Assembly (NCBI GenBank): GCA_965267575.1
Contig: OZ254086.1
Span: 1,152,001-1,216,000 of the forward strand
From: Calditrichales bacterium
GTDB taxonomy: Bacteria > Calditrichota > Calditrichia > Calditrichales > J004
Reading direction: 5' to 3'
Length of the DNA: 64,000 bases
The notes under the pieces are model-generated. The model had not been told where the DNA came from. It saw only the letters and a list, made by a program, of their open reading frames with translations, and did not search any database. How positions within the stretch are numbered: the stretch's first letter is position 1; every line of letters starts with the position of its first letter. This document shows positions 1 through 8,754 of the stretch, in pieces. The position numbers and the translations under genes were made by a program.

Positions 1-1593
1 GCTGCTATTAAAGGGATTGGGATAATTGGACAACAACGTAAAGCTTTCCGGGTTAGACGGGTCTGCCATATGATTGGGTAAAATGGTCAACTGTGTATCT
101 GCCATGGTATAGGCGCGCATATCCCAGCCCTTGGCGTCGGCCCAGGTTTTGTAAACAGCCCGGTACTCCAGTTTGGCCGTTATCTGCAATGGCTCGTTAA
201 AACTCGTGCTGAAGACAAACCGCGTTGTATCATGAGCGCCCGCCGCTATACGTGTATCGGCATAAATCGTATCGGCCAGCCAGTTGGGCGCCGGCACTTG
301 TCCGCTCCGGGTAGCGGTCAGCAATCCGAACACCTTGCCGGGCATGCCGCTGTAGTTGCCGTCGGAGATATCACCCGTTCCCGTGTATTCCGGCAGAACA
401 TTTTGATCTTCCTGTAGCGCGCTTTCAGGCAGGCCCTGCAATACCAGCACAATGTGCCGGAAACTTACGCCGGTGGGCAGATTATGTCCCGCCTCCCTAT
501 TGGATACAATCACATTAAAAACAAGACTGTCAGTATAAGCCTCTGCGTCCACGTGTAGTCCGGCCGTTTCCGTGGAATCACTAAGCCCCGTGCGCCGGAA
601 ATAGTGATTGTAAAGACGACCGGGATCGCGTTTGACTGCGTCAGCCAGGGCAACGCCGGTGACAAAAAGCGAATCACTAAAGGGGCGCATGTGGCAATCC
701 TGGCAGTGGACGCCGGCAGCGGCATATTCACTTTCCGCCCAGGAATCATAGGTGTCATCAACGATCAGTCCGTTGAGGTTTTTGTACTGATGGCAACCGG
801 AGCAAAAATCGCTTTTCCGGTAGACGGGATTGTAGGTGCCGCCCATCCAGAAGGTGGTCACATCATCCAGGCCTCCGATATTAATATCGCGTTCCGCCGA
901 TGCGGAAGGGCGTTTGAGAAAAATGCTGCCATTGACGCCTGTGGCATAATTCACCTCGACGCGGTTTATTTTATGGCAGAAATCGCAGAAGACGCCGTTT
1001 TTCTCCACAGCGTAGAATTGCTGTACATCCAGCAGGTCCATGTAGCCGGGATCATCGATAGCGGCTGCCGGCGCGTGGCAATCAGCGCAGTCACCGGCGT
1101 CATCGGGGAAGTCCAGCTTGAAGCCGGGTGCCACACCCTCCTGACCGGACGCGTCTTCACCGCTGTACATCTGCAGCAGCATCGGGTTGGTGGCCGCCCG
1201 TGCGTGTGCCGCCGTCTTCCACTGATCGTAAAGCGGCTGGTGGCACACCGAGCAGTTATCATCAGGATCCTTGAATTCATAAAAATAATTGTCGCCTTCG
1301 GGCAGCGGCTGCAGTTCAAACAGCAAAGTATCACCGACACGCGCAGTCTTGTCTATGTTGTAATAGCCCTGCTTGCCCACCGCCACGGGATCGGTAAACG
1401 TACCGGGTTGCAGCGTGCTTTCCAGGCGGAAAAATCCTTCAGCGTCTGTGACGACAAAATCATTGGCGCCCTGAAAACGCACGCGGGCATCGGCGATGGG
1501 TTCACCGCCCGACTGCACGATACCAAACACATCACCCGCTATGGCTGAAAGCGGCAAGAATACAATCGCCGCAAGCAAAATAAAAAAACGCAT
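1..1593 (-). CDS. Secreted multiheme (5x CxxCH) cytochrome c with Por/T9SS-type C-terminal sorting domain; 3' end runs off the window
   Basis: Translated by hand, not in ORF track. ATG at 1593 overlaps the upstream stop (TAATG). Signal peptide MRFFILLAAIVFLPLSAIA. Motifs CSVCH, CADCH, CDFCH, CSGCH, CQDCH and GHNLPTG. Ends ...FTLLSNYPNPFNSS at position 1. Confidence 0.92.
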   Translation of the reverse strand, partial: MRFFILLAAIVFLPLSAIAGDVFGIVQSGGEPIADARVRFQGANDFVVTDAEGFFRLESTLQPGTFTDPVAVGKQGYYNIDKTARVGDTLLFELQPLPEGDNYFYEFKDPDDNCSVCHQPLYDQWKTAAHARAATNPMLLQMYSGEDASGQEGVAPGFKLDFPDDAGDCADCHAPAAAIDDPGYMDLLDVQQFYAVEKNGVFCDFCHKINRVEVNYATGVNGSIFLKRPSASAERDINIGGLDDVTTFWMGGTYNPVYRKSDFCSGCHQYKNLNGLIVDDTYDSWAESEYAAAGVHCQDCHMRPFSDSLFVTGVALADAVKRDPGRLYNHYFRRTGLSDSTETAGLHVDAEAYTDSLVFNVIVSNREAGHNLPTGVSFRHIVLVLQGLPESALQEDQNVLPEYTGTGDISDGNYSGMPGKVFGLLTATRSGQVPAPNWLADTIYADTRIAAGAHDTTRFVFSTSFNEPLQITAKLEYRAVYKTWADAKGWDMRAYTMADTQLTILPNHMADPSNPESFTLLSNYPNPFNSS

Positions 1594-4025
1594 TAACGTA
1601 ACAGCACCATTTTTTTGGTTAATACCTGGCGGCCTGTTTTAAGGCGGTAAAAGTAAACGCCCGAGGCCTGACCCGCGGCTTCAAAACGGACCTTGTTCTC
1701 GCCCCCGTTTACCTGTCCATTTAGCAGCGTGCTGATATGCCGGCCCCGCAGATCGTAGACGTCCAATTGGACGTGCGCGGACCTGGGCAGGTAGAAGCTG
1801 ATTTCGGTGGAAGGGTTAAACGGATTGGGATAATTGGCGTGTAACTCCGCGCGCTGCGGCAGATGTACGAAGCGCGGACCGATAGCGGAAATGCCGGTAA
1901 AATAATCAAATGAAGCCTGCAGCAATTCCCGGAAATCTCCGTCGTTGATGGCATTGGGGTCAAACCCGCAGACCAGCGCCTTGCCTCCATTACCTGTATT
2001 TTCAACCGTGACAGCGGCAACTTTGAGGCTGTCCTTGGAATTGGAGCCGTAAAACAGGGCCGGGCTTGCCTGCTGCCCGACGATCAACTCATCCGGAGAG
2101 GCATTAACAAAGCTGGGTATGCGTGACAAAAAGCCATCACCTACGGCGTTGCCGGCTACGCCCGTTAACGGATCGGAAGCGCGATCATACTGATAATTTC
2201 TTGAAAAACCGCTGGATAACTTTTCCGCAAAAATCTGCGCCTGACCGTTAAGCTCCAGCAGGTTTTGTCCGCCGATAAGCAGATGCATACCGTTTTCCAG
2301 CCAGCGCGATAATGAATCCTGTAAGGCCGATGACAGCATCATGGAATCCGCGGCACTGTAAACGATGGCTGTTTTCTGTTGGACCAGTATAGCCTTTTGC
2401 AAGGGCAACGCAGATAGTGACTGCTCATCCAGGCTGACGTAGCTGAAGCCCAGATCTCCCAGCGCCAGCTCGTAGTCCAGGGCCGTTGCGCCATCCTGTT
2501 GCCCGCTTTCCAGCAAAATGAAATCAGCGGGATAGACCGTAAATTGCTGACCTTCCGAAAACTCTTCAACATTAAAACTGGCGGCGCTGTAGGGGAGCAC
2601 CTGCGGCGATACGGAAAGGCTGTAGTTACTGTTTAAGGTGAACAGGCTGTCAAACTCAAACAGGCCGGTAGCGTCTGTGTTGGCCTCAAAGCTTTCCGGC
2701 ACACCGTCGCTGCGCTGCCAGTTCAACACCAGCGCGGATTCAATGCCTTCACCCTGCTCATTAACAATCTGCCCGGCCAGGCGTTTGTAACCGATTTCCA
2801 GCGGCAGTCCTATTTCTATGGAATTTGTATCGCCGGCGCTAAAGGAAATGGTAACGGTCGTGTCCATCCCCCCGGCAGCGATTCGCAGCTCATGCTGGCC
2901 CGCTGTTTTAGCCATTAAAAAGCGGCCATGGCGATTGCTGAATCGCAACAGATCGTTTGTACCCGTAATCGTAACGCTACCCCGCGGCGCGGCCTCACCG
3001 GAAACAGTATCGTAAACGCGGCCCTTTATAAAACCGAGAGGCTCATCTTCCAGCCGGAACAGGCCGCCATCGCTGAACGTACCGCCGAGGCTTAAAGAGT
3101 AAACGGTGCCATCATTGGACACTTTTATCATCCAGGCAAAGCCGCGGCTTAAAACCCCCAGCCGCTGATAGCTCTCGCCATGATCGTAGCTGACAAAATT
3201 ACCTTCTTCGCTGTCATCCCCAAAAGCGCCCAGGTAAACACGGCCGTCCACGGGCGAGAGGTCGATGGCCCAGGCAGAAATGCCGTCGATGCCCAGCGAC
3301 TGCCAGTTTTGACCACCGTCGGTGCTGCGGAAAACGGAGTAATAATTATCGGCGTAGGCGGAACCGTAGGCGCGCGTGGAATCAAGAGAATCCCAAACGA
3401 TTTTGGGTACTTCAGAATAATACTCATTACCGGGTTTCACCTGTTCCCATGTAAGGCCGCCGTCATCTGAGCGGGTTATGCGCGTATCGCCGGCTCCGGC
3501 AATCATTAATTGCGGATTGTATTTATTGATTGCGAAACTGCAAACAAACGTGGAGGCCACGTTAGAATATTTTTGCCAGGTGGCGCCGCTGTCGCTGCTT
3601 ATAAACATATCGCCGCTGCTCAGGTCAACAAAAAAAACGGAGTCCGGCCGCTGCGGATGGAAAGCGAGCGTTTCGCCATTCATGCTTTTGCCGCTTAATA
3701 CTTCCTGCCAGTTGTAGCCCCCGTCGGTGCTGCGCCACAGGCCGTCGTTGGCAAAGGCGATGATCAGTGATGTATCCTGCGGGCATACGACAATCGTGCG
3801 CATATTGGATTGCGGGATGGCCCCCCTTTTCTGCCAGGAATCGCCATAGTTATAGCTGACGAGGAATTCGCTGCCTTTTTTAGCATATAAAACATTTTCT
3901 GCAACGGGGGAAACGGCGATCCCATACGTATCCGTATTAGGAAGTACGTTTTTCCAGGCCAGTTCCACCTGCGCCTGAAGTACAAAAAGAGGCAACAATA
4001 AAAATATGAAAAGATATCGGGACAT
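1593..4025 (-). CDS. Secreted BNR/Asp-box (VPS10/YCF48-like) beta-propeller protein with beta-sandwich domains and sorting domain
   Basis: Repeated SxDGGxxW motifs (RSTDGGYNW, SSDSGATW, RSDDGGLTW, RSTDGGQNW). Signal peptide from MSRYLF at 4025. C-terminal NYPNPFNPST...KKMVLLR. Confidence 0.85.
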   Translation of the reverse strand: MSRYLFIFLLLPLFVLQAQVELAWKNVLPNTDTYGIAVSPVAENVLYAKKGSEFLVSYNYGDSWQKRGAIPQSNMRTIVVCPQDTSLIIAFANDGLWRSTDGGYNWQEVLSGKSMNGETLAFHPQRPDSVFFVDLSSGDMFISSDSGATWQKYSNVASTFVCSFAINKYNPQLMIAGAGDTRITRSDDGGLTWEQVKPGNEYYSEVPKIVWDSLDSTRAYGSAYADNYYSVFRSTDGGQNWQSLGIDGISAWAIDLSPVDGRVYLGAFGDDSEEGNFVSYDHGESYQRLGVLSRGFAWMIKVSNDGTVYSLSLGGTFSDGGLFRLEDEPLGFIKGRVYDTVSGEAAPRGSVTITGTNDLLRFSNRHGRFLMAKTAGQHELRIAAGGMDTTVTISFSAGDTNSIEIGLPLEIGYKRLAGQIVNEQGEGIESALVLNWQRSDGVPESFEANTDATGLFEFDSLFTLNSNYSLSVSPQVLPYSAASFNVEEFSEGQQFTVYPADFILLESGQQDGATALDYELALGDLGFSYVSLDEQSLSALPLQKAILVQQKTAIVYSAADSMMLSSALQDSLSRWLENGMHLLIGGQNLLELNGQAQIFAEKLSSGFSRNYQYDRASDPLTGVAGNAVGDGFLSRIPSFVNASPDELIVGQQASPALFYGSNSKDSLKVAAVTVENTGNGGKALVCGFDPNAINDGDFRELLQASFDYFTGISAIGPRFVHLPQRAELHANYPNPFNPSTEISFYLPRSAHVQLDVYDLRGRHISTLLNGQVNGGENKVRFEAAGQASGVYFYRLKTGRQVLTKKMVLLR

Positions 4026-4221
4026 ACATTTTCTCCGGGCTTGAGGACGATAGCGGAAGATAAAAAATTTCATTCTAAGATGTGCGGTTTTTTACTAAAA
4101 CGCCTTTCTGAAACATAAACGGCACCCTGGATAAATCAGAGGTCTTAAATATTGGAAGAGCAGGAACGCATTTGCTAAATTGCTGTTTCCGCGAAAACCA
4201 AACGCGCAAAGGAGACTCGCT

Positions 4222-5562
4222 ATGGAAGATGCCTTGCTTTACGGCCGTCTTCAATTCGCTTTTACGGTAACCTACCATTATATCTTCCCGCAACTTACCA
4301 TGGGCCTGGCGTTAATGATTGTTGTCCTCAAAACGATTGCCCTGCGCCGCAATGATGAACGCTTTAACAACGCGGCGCGTTTCTGGACCAAAATCTTCGC
4401 CATCAATTTTGTTATGGGTGTTGTGACCGGCATCCCGCTGGAGTTCCAGTTTGGCACCAACTGGGCGCGTTTCTCGGAAATCACCGGCAGTGTGGTCGGG
4501 CAAACACTGGCCATGGAAGGCATGTATACCTTTTTCCTGGAGTCCACTTTTCTGGGCCTGTTCCTGTTTGCCGAAAAGAGGCTGGGCCCTAAAGGGCACT
4601 GGTTTGCCGCGTTCATGGTTTTTCTCGGGGCCTGGGCCAGCGGCTACCTGATCGTTGTGACCAATGCCTGGATGCAGAATCCCGTTGGCTATGAAGTGCT
4701 GGAGGACGGGCGGATTGTTCTGACGCAGTTTTCAGCTTTGTTTACCAACCCCTGGGCCACCTGGCAATATCTGCATACGATGGTCGGCTCGGTCATCACA
4801 TCCGCTTTTGTTATGGCTTCGGTAGGAGCGTTTTATATCTTGCGCGATAAGCACACCGATTATGGCAAGATTTTTCTGCGCTACGGCGTAGTATTTGGAC
4901 TGGTAGCCAGCATCCTGGCGGCTTTCCCCACCGGCGATCAGCAGGCCAAAAATATGGTCAAATACCAGCCCGTTTCCTTTGCCGCCATGGAGGGATTGTT
5001 TGAAACAGAAAAGGGCGCCGGGATCGCCCTGATCGGCCAGCCCAATATGCGCTCACGCCATCTGGACAATCCCATTTATGTACCCAAACTGCTCAGCTTT
5101 CTGACCTATGCCTCGTTTGACGCGGAGATAAAAGGTCTGGAAGAATTTCCGGAGGAGATCTGGCCGACCAATGTACCGGCACTATATTACTCCTATCACA
5201 TCATGGCCGGTCTGGGCACCTTGTTTATCCTGCTGATGTCCGTTTCCGCTTTTCTGCTGTATCGTAAAAAGCTGTTCTCAACGCGTCCTGTCCTGTGGGC
5301 GATCATGCTGGCATTGCCGTTTCCCTATATCGCCAACACCGCTGGTTGGTACACCGCCGAACTGGGCCGCCAACCCTGGCTGGTCTACAACCTGATGCGC
5401 ACGGTGGAAGGCATCTCGCCAAACGTTTCCGGAGGCAACGCGTTGTTCACCTTTATCGGCTTTATCGGGCTCTATTTTTTGCTCGGCGTGCTGTTCCTGG
5501 TACTGGTAGGACGTGAGATAAACCGCGGCCCCGAACCAAAAGGAGAAGCAAAGGAGGCCTGA
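4222..5562 (+). CDS. cydA: Cytochrome bd ubiquinol oxidase subunit I
   Basis: RLQFAFTVTYHYIFPQLTMG, GVVTGIPLEFQFGTNW, QPVSFAAMEG, GWYTAELGRQPW. RBS AAGGAG before ATG 4222. Confidence 0.97.
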   Translation: MEDALLYGRLQFAFTVTYHYIFPQLTMGLALMIVVLKTIALRRNDERFNNAARFWTKIFAINFVMGVVTGIPLEFQFGTNWARFSEITGSVVGQTLAMEGMYTFFLESTFLGLFLFAEKRLGPKGHWFAAFMVFLGAWASGYLIVVTNAWMQNPVGYEVLEDGRIVLTQFSALFTNPWATWQYLHTMVGSVITSAFVMASVGAFYILRDKHTDYGKIFLRYGVVFGLVASILAAFPTGDQQAKNMVKYQPVSFAAMEGLFETEKGAGIALIGQPNMRSRHLDNPIYVPKLLSFLTYASFDAEIKGLEEFPEEIWPTNVPALYYSYHIMAGLGTLFILLMSVSAFLLYRKKLFSTRPVLWAIMLALPFPYIANTAGWYTAELGRQPWLVYNLMRTVEGISPNVSGGNALFTFIGFIGLYFLLGVLFLVLVGREINRGPEPKGEAKEA

Positions 5563-5563
5563 G

Positions 5564-6625
5564 ATGGAAACAGTATGGTTTGCTATCCTTGTTTTTATGC
5601 TGACCGTTTATGTGGTGCTGGACGGGTTTGATTTTGGCGCCGGGATACTACACCTGTTTGTGGCCAAAAATGAAGAGCAGGGACAAAGCATCCTGCGCAG
5701 TATTGGTCCGTTCTGGGACGGCAACGAAGTGTGGCTGGTGGCCGGCGGCGGCGTGCTGTTTATCGCATTTCCGCTGTTTTACGCCAGCGCATTCAGCGGT
5801 TTTTACCTGGCGCTGATGCTTGTGCTCTGGCTGCTGATCGGGCGCGCGGTGAGCCTGGAGCTGAGACACATTATCGACAATCCGTTGTGGAAAAGTTTTT
5901 TCGGAACGCTGTTCGGCATAAGCAGCCTGTTGCTGGCACTATTCTTTGGAACGGCGCTGGGCAACGTTGTGCGTGGCGTGACCTTTGTCTCGGAAATGGG
6001 TGGACGTTATTTCTTTACGCCCCTTTTCACCGACTTCCTGCCTTCCGGCTCCGTTGGCGTGCTGGACTGGTTCACCGTGCTGATGGGTCTCATCGCCGTG
6101 TTGACGCTGACCATCCACGGGGCCAACTGGGTCATTCTCAAAAACCCCGATGAGCAATTGAACGACAGGCTTCGCGCTGTTTCCCTCAAAACATGGTGGG
6201 CCTTGCTGGTGTTGGTGGTTTTTTCACTGCCCGCGGTTTACTGGGTGCGCGCCGGGCTGTTCGATAATTTTATCGCTAATCCTTTTATGCTGATTTTGCC
6301 CGCTGCCGGTTTTGCATCGTTGATCGCCACGCGCGTTTTCATCGCCCGCAAACAGGAGTCCGCGGCTTTTGGCGCCTCCTCCGGGTTTATCGTCTTCACG
6401 CTGGTGTCCACGGCGCTGGGATTGTATCCCGCCCTGCTGCCATCTGTAAAAAGCGGCATGCCCGGGTTGGACATTTACAACAGCTCCAACACGCAATACG
6501 GTCTGTGGGTGGCGTTGATCTGGTGGTGCATCGCCCTCGTTCTGGCGATCGCTTATTTCACCTACGTGCACCGTGTCTTCAAGGGCAAGATCAGCGGCGA
6601 AAGCGAGATCTACGGCGGGCATTGA
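5564..6625 (+). CDS. cydB: Cytochrome bd ubiquinol oxidase subunit II
   Basis: YVVLDGFDFGAG and IGPFWDGNEVWLV; directly follows cydA. Confidence 0.97.
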   Translation: METVWFAILVFMLTVYVVLDGFDFGAGILHLFVAKNEEQGQSILRSIGPFWDGNEVWLVAGGGVLFIAFPLFYASAFSGFYLALMLVLWLLIGRAVSLELRHIIDNPLWKSFFGTLFGISSLLLALFFGTALGNVVRGVTFVSEMGGRYFFTPLFTDFLPSGSVGVLDWFTVLMGLIAVLTLTIHGANWVILKNPDEQLNDRLRAVSLKTWWALLVLVVFSLPAVYWVRAGLFDNFIANPFMLILPAAGFASLIATRVFIARKQESAAFGASSGFIVFTLVSTALGLYPALLPSVKSGMPGLDIYNSSNTQYGLWVALIWWCIALVLAIAYFTYVHRVFKGKISGESEIYGGH

Positions 6626-6787
6626 TTGAACTGGCGGCAGCGGTCCAAAAGGGTCGCGGCGATGACGCTATTGCGGTAATTTAGGTAATAACCGTTGCTA
6701 TGACGGCTCGCATCTCCGATGCTGGTGGGGCATAAAACACGCTTTATCTTTTTTATCAGGCAATAGGGCCAAAACCCGGGAAACTCC

Positions 6788-6855
6788 CAGGCCCGGCGGG
6801 CCGAACCGGCATAGAACAAACCAATTCAAATTCTGCCAAAAGCCCTATCGGGGCG
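6788..6855. repeat. Double-hairpin intergenic repeat (family V), copy 1
   Basis: CAGGCCC-ggc-GGGCCGA...CATAGAA...AAGCCC-tatc-GGGGCG; same layout as 22019-22087. Confidence 0.6.
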
Positions 6856-6883
6856 TACCAACTGGTGATGACGGTATGACGAA

Positions 6884-8581
6884 CTATTTCAGCAACAAAA
6901 CCTTCGCAATCCGTTGCCCGGCGGGACTACTAAACTTCCAGAAATAAAGACCGCTGCTCACAGCCGCGCCCAGTCCATCCCTGCCATCCCAGCTAAGCTG
7001 TTGCTGTCCGGCGCCGTACATTTTTTCGCCAAAGCTGAGAACCTGCCTGCCACTGATATCAAAAATCGCTGCATCAACAGGCATGGAACGGTTTAGCGTA
7101 AAACTTATGGTCGTCGCATTGTTAAAAGGATTGGGATAGCTTGTAGAAACTTCGAACGTTTGGGGAAGCGTCTCCTCTCCGGTTAAAGCATTAGCAAAAT
7201 CATTAAAATAAATGTGCAACTGGTAACTCCACAATGCCACGATGTCCAACACACCATCGCCGTTAAAATCGGCGGCAGCAAAATCTTCCACGACACCGGA
7301 TTCGCTTTCTGCCAAAAGCACTGCTGTTTGATAACTCCAGAAAGTCACAGATGGGTCTGCCGGATTAGGAAGCACGTAAAAATTTATATAATTTTCAGGA
7401 ATTACATTGTAATAGCTGATCAGGTCGGTCCAGCCATCTCCATTTAGATCCGCCGGAATCGCCCCATGCGGCAGGTCACCGCCGCCTGTCCGAATTAAGT
7501 CTTCCGCATCGGTCAAAAGAACGCCATTTTGATCGTTAAGAAAGATGAAATCCTCAGCGTTGGTAACCACATGCAAATCTATAAAGCGATCGTTATTAAA
7601 ATCAGCCGCATTCATATCAAACATATAACCAAATCCATCCGGGAGGCTGTCTGTCTGTAAAACAAACGCACCTTCGGCTTGTCCTGCCGCGTTGAAAAAC
7701 GAAATTTGCAGATACTGTGAACCATGGGCAATATCCAGGATACCATCATTGTTAAAATCGGCCACGACGAAATTTTCGATTTCATCTCCTAAAATCAGCG
7801 TGTCAGCTACTTCGTTTATCAGGCCGTTTCCCTGGTTGTAATGCACGCCAATAAAACGGCTGCCGATTTCAATATGGTCGGCAAAACCATCATTATTAAA
7901 ATCAACAAAGGCGTAGGAGAGCGTATCCTGCGGGACAAACTGTCCGTCCTCCATTTCCAGAACCGACCTTCCGTTCAGTTCCATATTGTAATCAAGGTCT
8001 GTGTCAGTAATAATCGTGGCATTAGGACTAAGGGGGAGAGTTTGGAAAAGAGTAAAGCCCATATTGCCATCATTAAGCCACACTTTATCGTCAACCACAA
8101 CATCAGGCTTTTCGTCCTTATTGATATCCGCGGTAAGCAGGGACACTTTGCCCGATTCAAAATAGTTTTTGCCGGTTGTGTAAACCAGCGGATAATCCTC
8201 TGCCGAAATAATCGAGAAACTCCATTGGAAGCCTTCGAAAAGCTCGCCGCCTGCACCACGCACTCTGTCAGTAACAATTACATTGACTTTCTCCCCGACA
8301 AAGAACGGGTTGCGCGTGGCGATAGATACTGTATTTGTTTGCTCGTTGTAGACATATGCATATCTCTTGCTGGCGCTAAACGTGCTTGTAACAATGATTT
8401 TATTCTGTAAACGGCTGGTGTCTATGGGTGACGAAAAACGGATATGAATCGGTGGATCGGTCGCAGCCACACTTTCGTGTATCGGGGGAGAGATAAGTTC
8501 AAGGTTCAAGCTTTGGCCAAAGGACCAGGCAAAGCAGCCCAGCAAAATCAGCACGGCGGAAAACACTTTTCTAACCATCAT
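6884..8581 (-). CDS. Secreted protein with Ig-like (Big_5-type) domain, FG-GAP/VCBS repeats and FlgD-type sorting domain
   Basis: RBS GGAGGA before ATG 8581. Signal peptide. Repeats ADFNNDGILDI, ADLNGDGWTDL, ADFNGDGVLDI. C-terminal YPNPFNNAT...WDGRD...KVLLLK. Confidence 0.85.
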   Translation of the reverse strand: MMVRKVFSAVLILLGCFAWSFGQSLNLELISPPIHESVAATDPPIHIRFSSPIDTSRLQNKIIVTSTFSASKRYAYVYNEQTNTVSIATRNPFFVGEKVNVIVTDRVRGAGGELFEGFQWSFSIISAEDYPLVYTTGKNYFESGKVSLLTADINKDEKPDVVVDDKVWLNDGNMGFTLFQTLPLSPNATIITDTDLDYNMELNGRSVLEMEDGQFVPQDTLSYAFVDFNNDGFADHIEIGSRFIGVHYNQGNGLINEVADTLILGDEIENFVVADFNNDGILDIAHGSQYLQISFFNAAGQAEGAFVLQTDSLPDGFGYMFDMNAADFNNDRFIDLHVVTNAEDFIFLNDQNGVLLTDAEDLIRTGGGDLPHGAIPADLNGDGWTDLISYYNVIPENYINFYVLPNPADPSVTFWSYQTAVLLAESESGVVEDFAAADFNGDGVLDIVALWSYQLHIYFNDFANALTGEETLPQTFEVSTSYPNPFNNATTISFTLNRSMPVDAAIFDISGRQVLSFGEKMYGAGQQQLSWDGRDGLGAAVSSGLYFWKFSSPAGQRIAKVLLLK

Positions 8582-8754
8582 ATCCTCCGCAACTTTTAAA
8601 CGGTTTTGAGTTAATATAAACAATCGTCCTTTGTTTAGAAACTAATTTTTGGGATTAGTGCGGGATGAATTTTTTCGCCGGGTTCTGTGCGCGCTGCTCT
8701 TTACGCGGCCCTTCTTATATCGTATAATGGCCTACCTTAATAACCGGCTATGCC

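Noticed and set aside
604-1548. 314-aa plus-strand ORF
   Set aside because: Antisense shadow of the minus-strand multiheme cytochrome, which has clear motifs.
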